A stretch of DNA of 64,000 nt, taken from positions 106,764,001-106,828,000 of the forward strand of contig NC_135801.1 of assembly GCF_964213995.1 (NCBI RefSeq), written 5' to 3'. This stretch comes from Mustelus asterias. Its lineage: Eukaryota. The notes below the pieces were generated by a model. That model saw only the letters and a list, made by a program, of their open reading frames with translations. It had not been told where the DNA came from and made no database searches. The position numbers were made by a program, and so were the translations under genes. Below are positions 63,509 to 64,000 of this stretch, piece by piece (the stretch's first letter is position 1; every line of letters begins with the position of its first letter).

Positions 63509-64000
63509 GATTAGGTTGATTGATAAGAGACAATCATGTGCTAATTGGAGGAGCTATGCTTGCAGGGAAGATGCACAGTTTCTCTTTTGTTTTCAGTTGT
63601 CAGTTTTCTGCCTGGTCCTGAAAGAAGCAAGAGGAATCTCTATCTCTCTCTCGCTATGGAAGCTGTTGTTTGGCTGCTGTCAAAAGACAATACAAATTGC
63701 GGAAATCTGACAGCAAATTGTAATCTATTTGCACGTTCTGTCACAGGGTGATAAGTGCTGTAGATTATATTTTACTGAGGAGTTTTCTCTCCTTTATGTT
63801 ATCTATTGTGGAAAAATAGAAGAATATGGTGCCCGAGAAACAGCACTTCTTTAAATACATCTCCCAACCTTTGCAAATAGAATCAAAACACATCCTTTGA
63901 AAAATACCACAAGTACAATAGCAGGCTAGCTGTCAGACAATACTTTGCTTAATCCATTAATCTTCTAACTGAATGACAGTGCAAATGCCAGCAGGATAAC

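Noticed and set aside
58404-64000. Fe65-family 6-nt neural microexon and upstream APBB2 exons
   Set aside because: No convincing AG-microexon-GT or PTB1 coding exon was found by eye. They probably lie beyond the window or need RNA-seq to detect.

Overview
Eukaryotic, intron-rich DNA, most likely from a cartilaginous fish (shark-type HE1 SINEs, abundant CR1 LINEs). Two genes converge tail-to-tail. The last coding exon of NSUN7 is on + (25188-25823). The last six coding exons of APBB2/Fe65L1 are on - (58403 down to the stop at 38756), and all splice phases join into one frame covering the end of PTB1, PTB2 and the C-terminus. Most of the rest is nested transposon debris: CR1, L2, Vingi/Ingi-like, Gypsy, Penelope-like, Harbinger and MITEs, and tRNA-derived SINEs. 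Most short ORFs in the track are TE fragments or noise. The most unusual objects are: (1) a ~320-bp TSD-flanked, A-tailed, highly structured retroposed insert carrying two U2 snRNA 5' heads (39749-40067), a candidate U2-derived SINE; (2) Penelope-derived palindromic insertions with minimal hammerhead ribozyme motifs on the APBB2 sense strand; (3) a tRNA-Glu/CR1-tail chimera. All calls are by eye, without database searches. TE boundaries are approximate unless a TSD is quoted.
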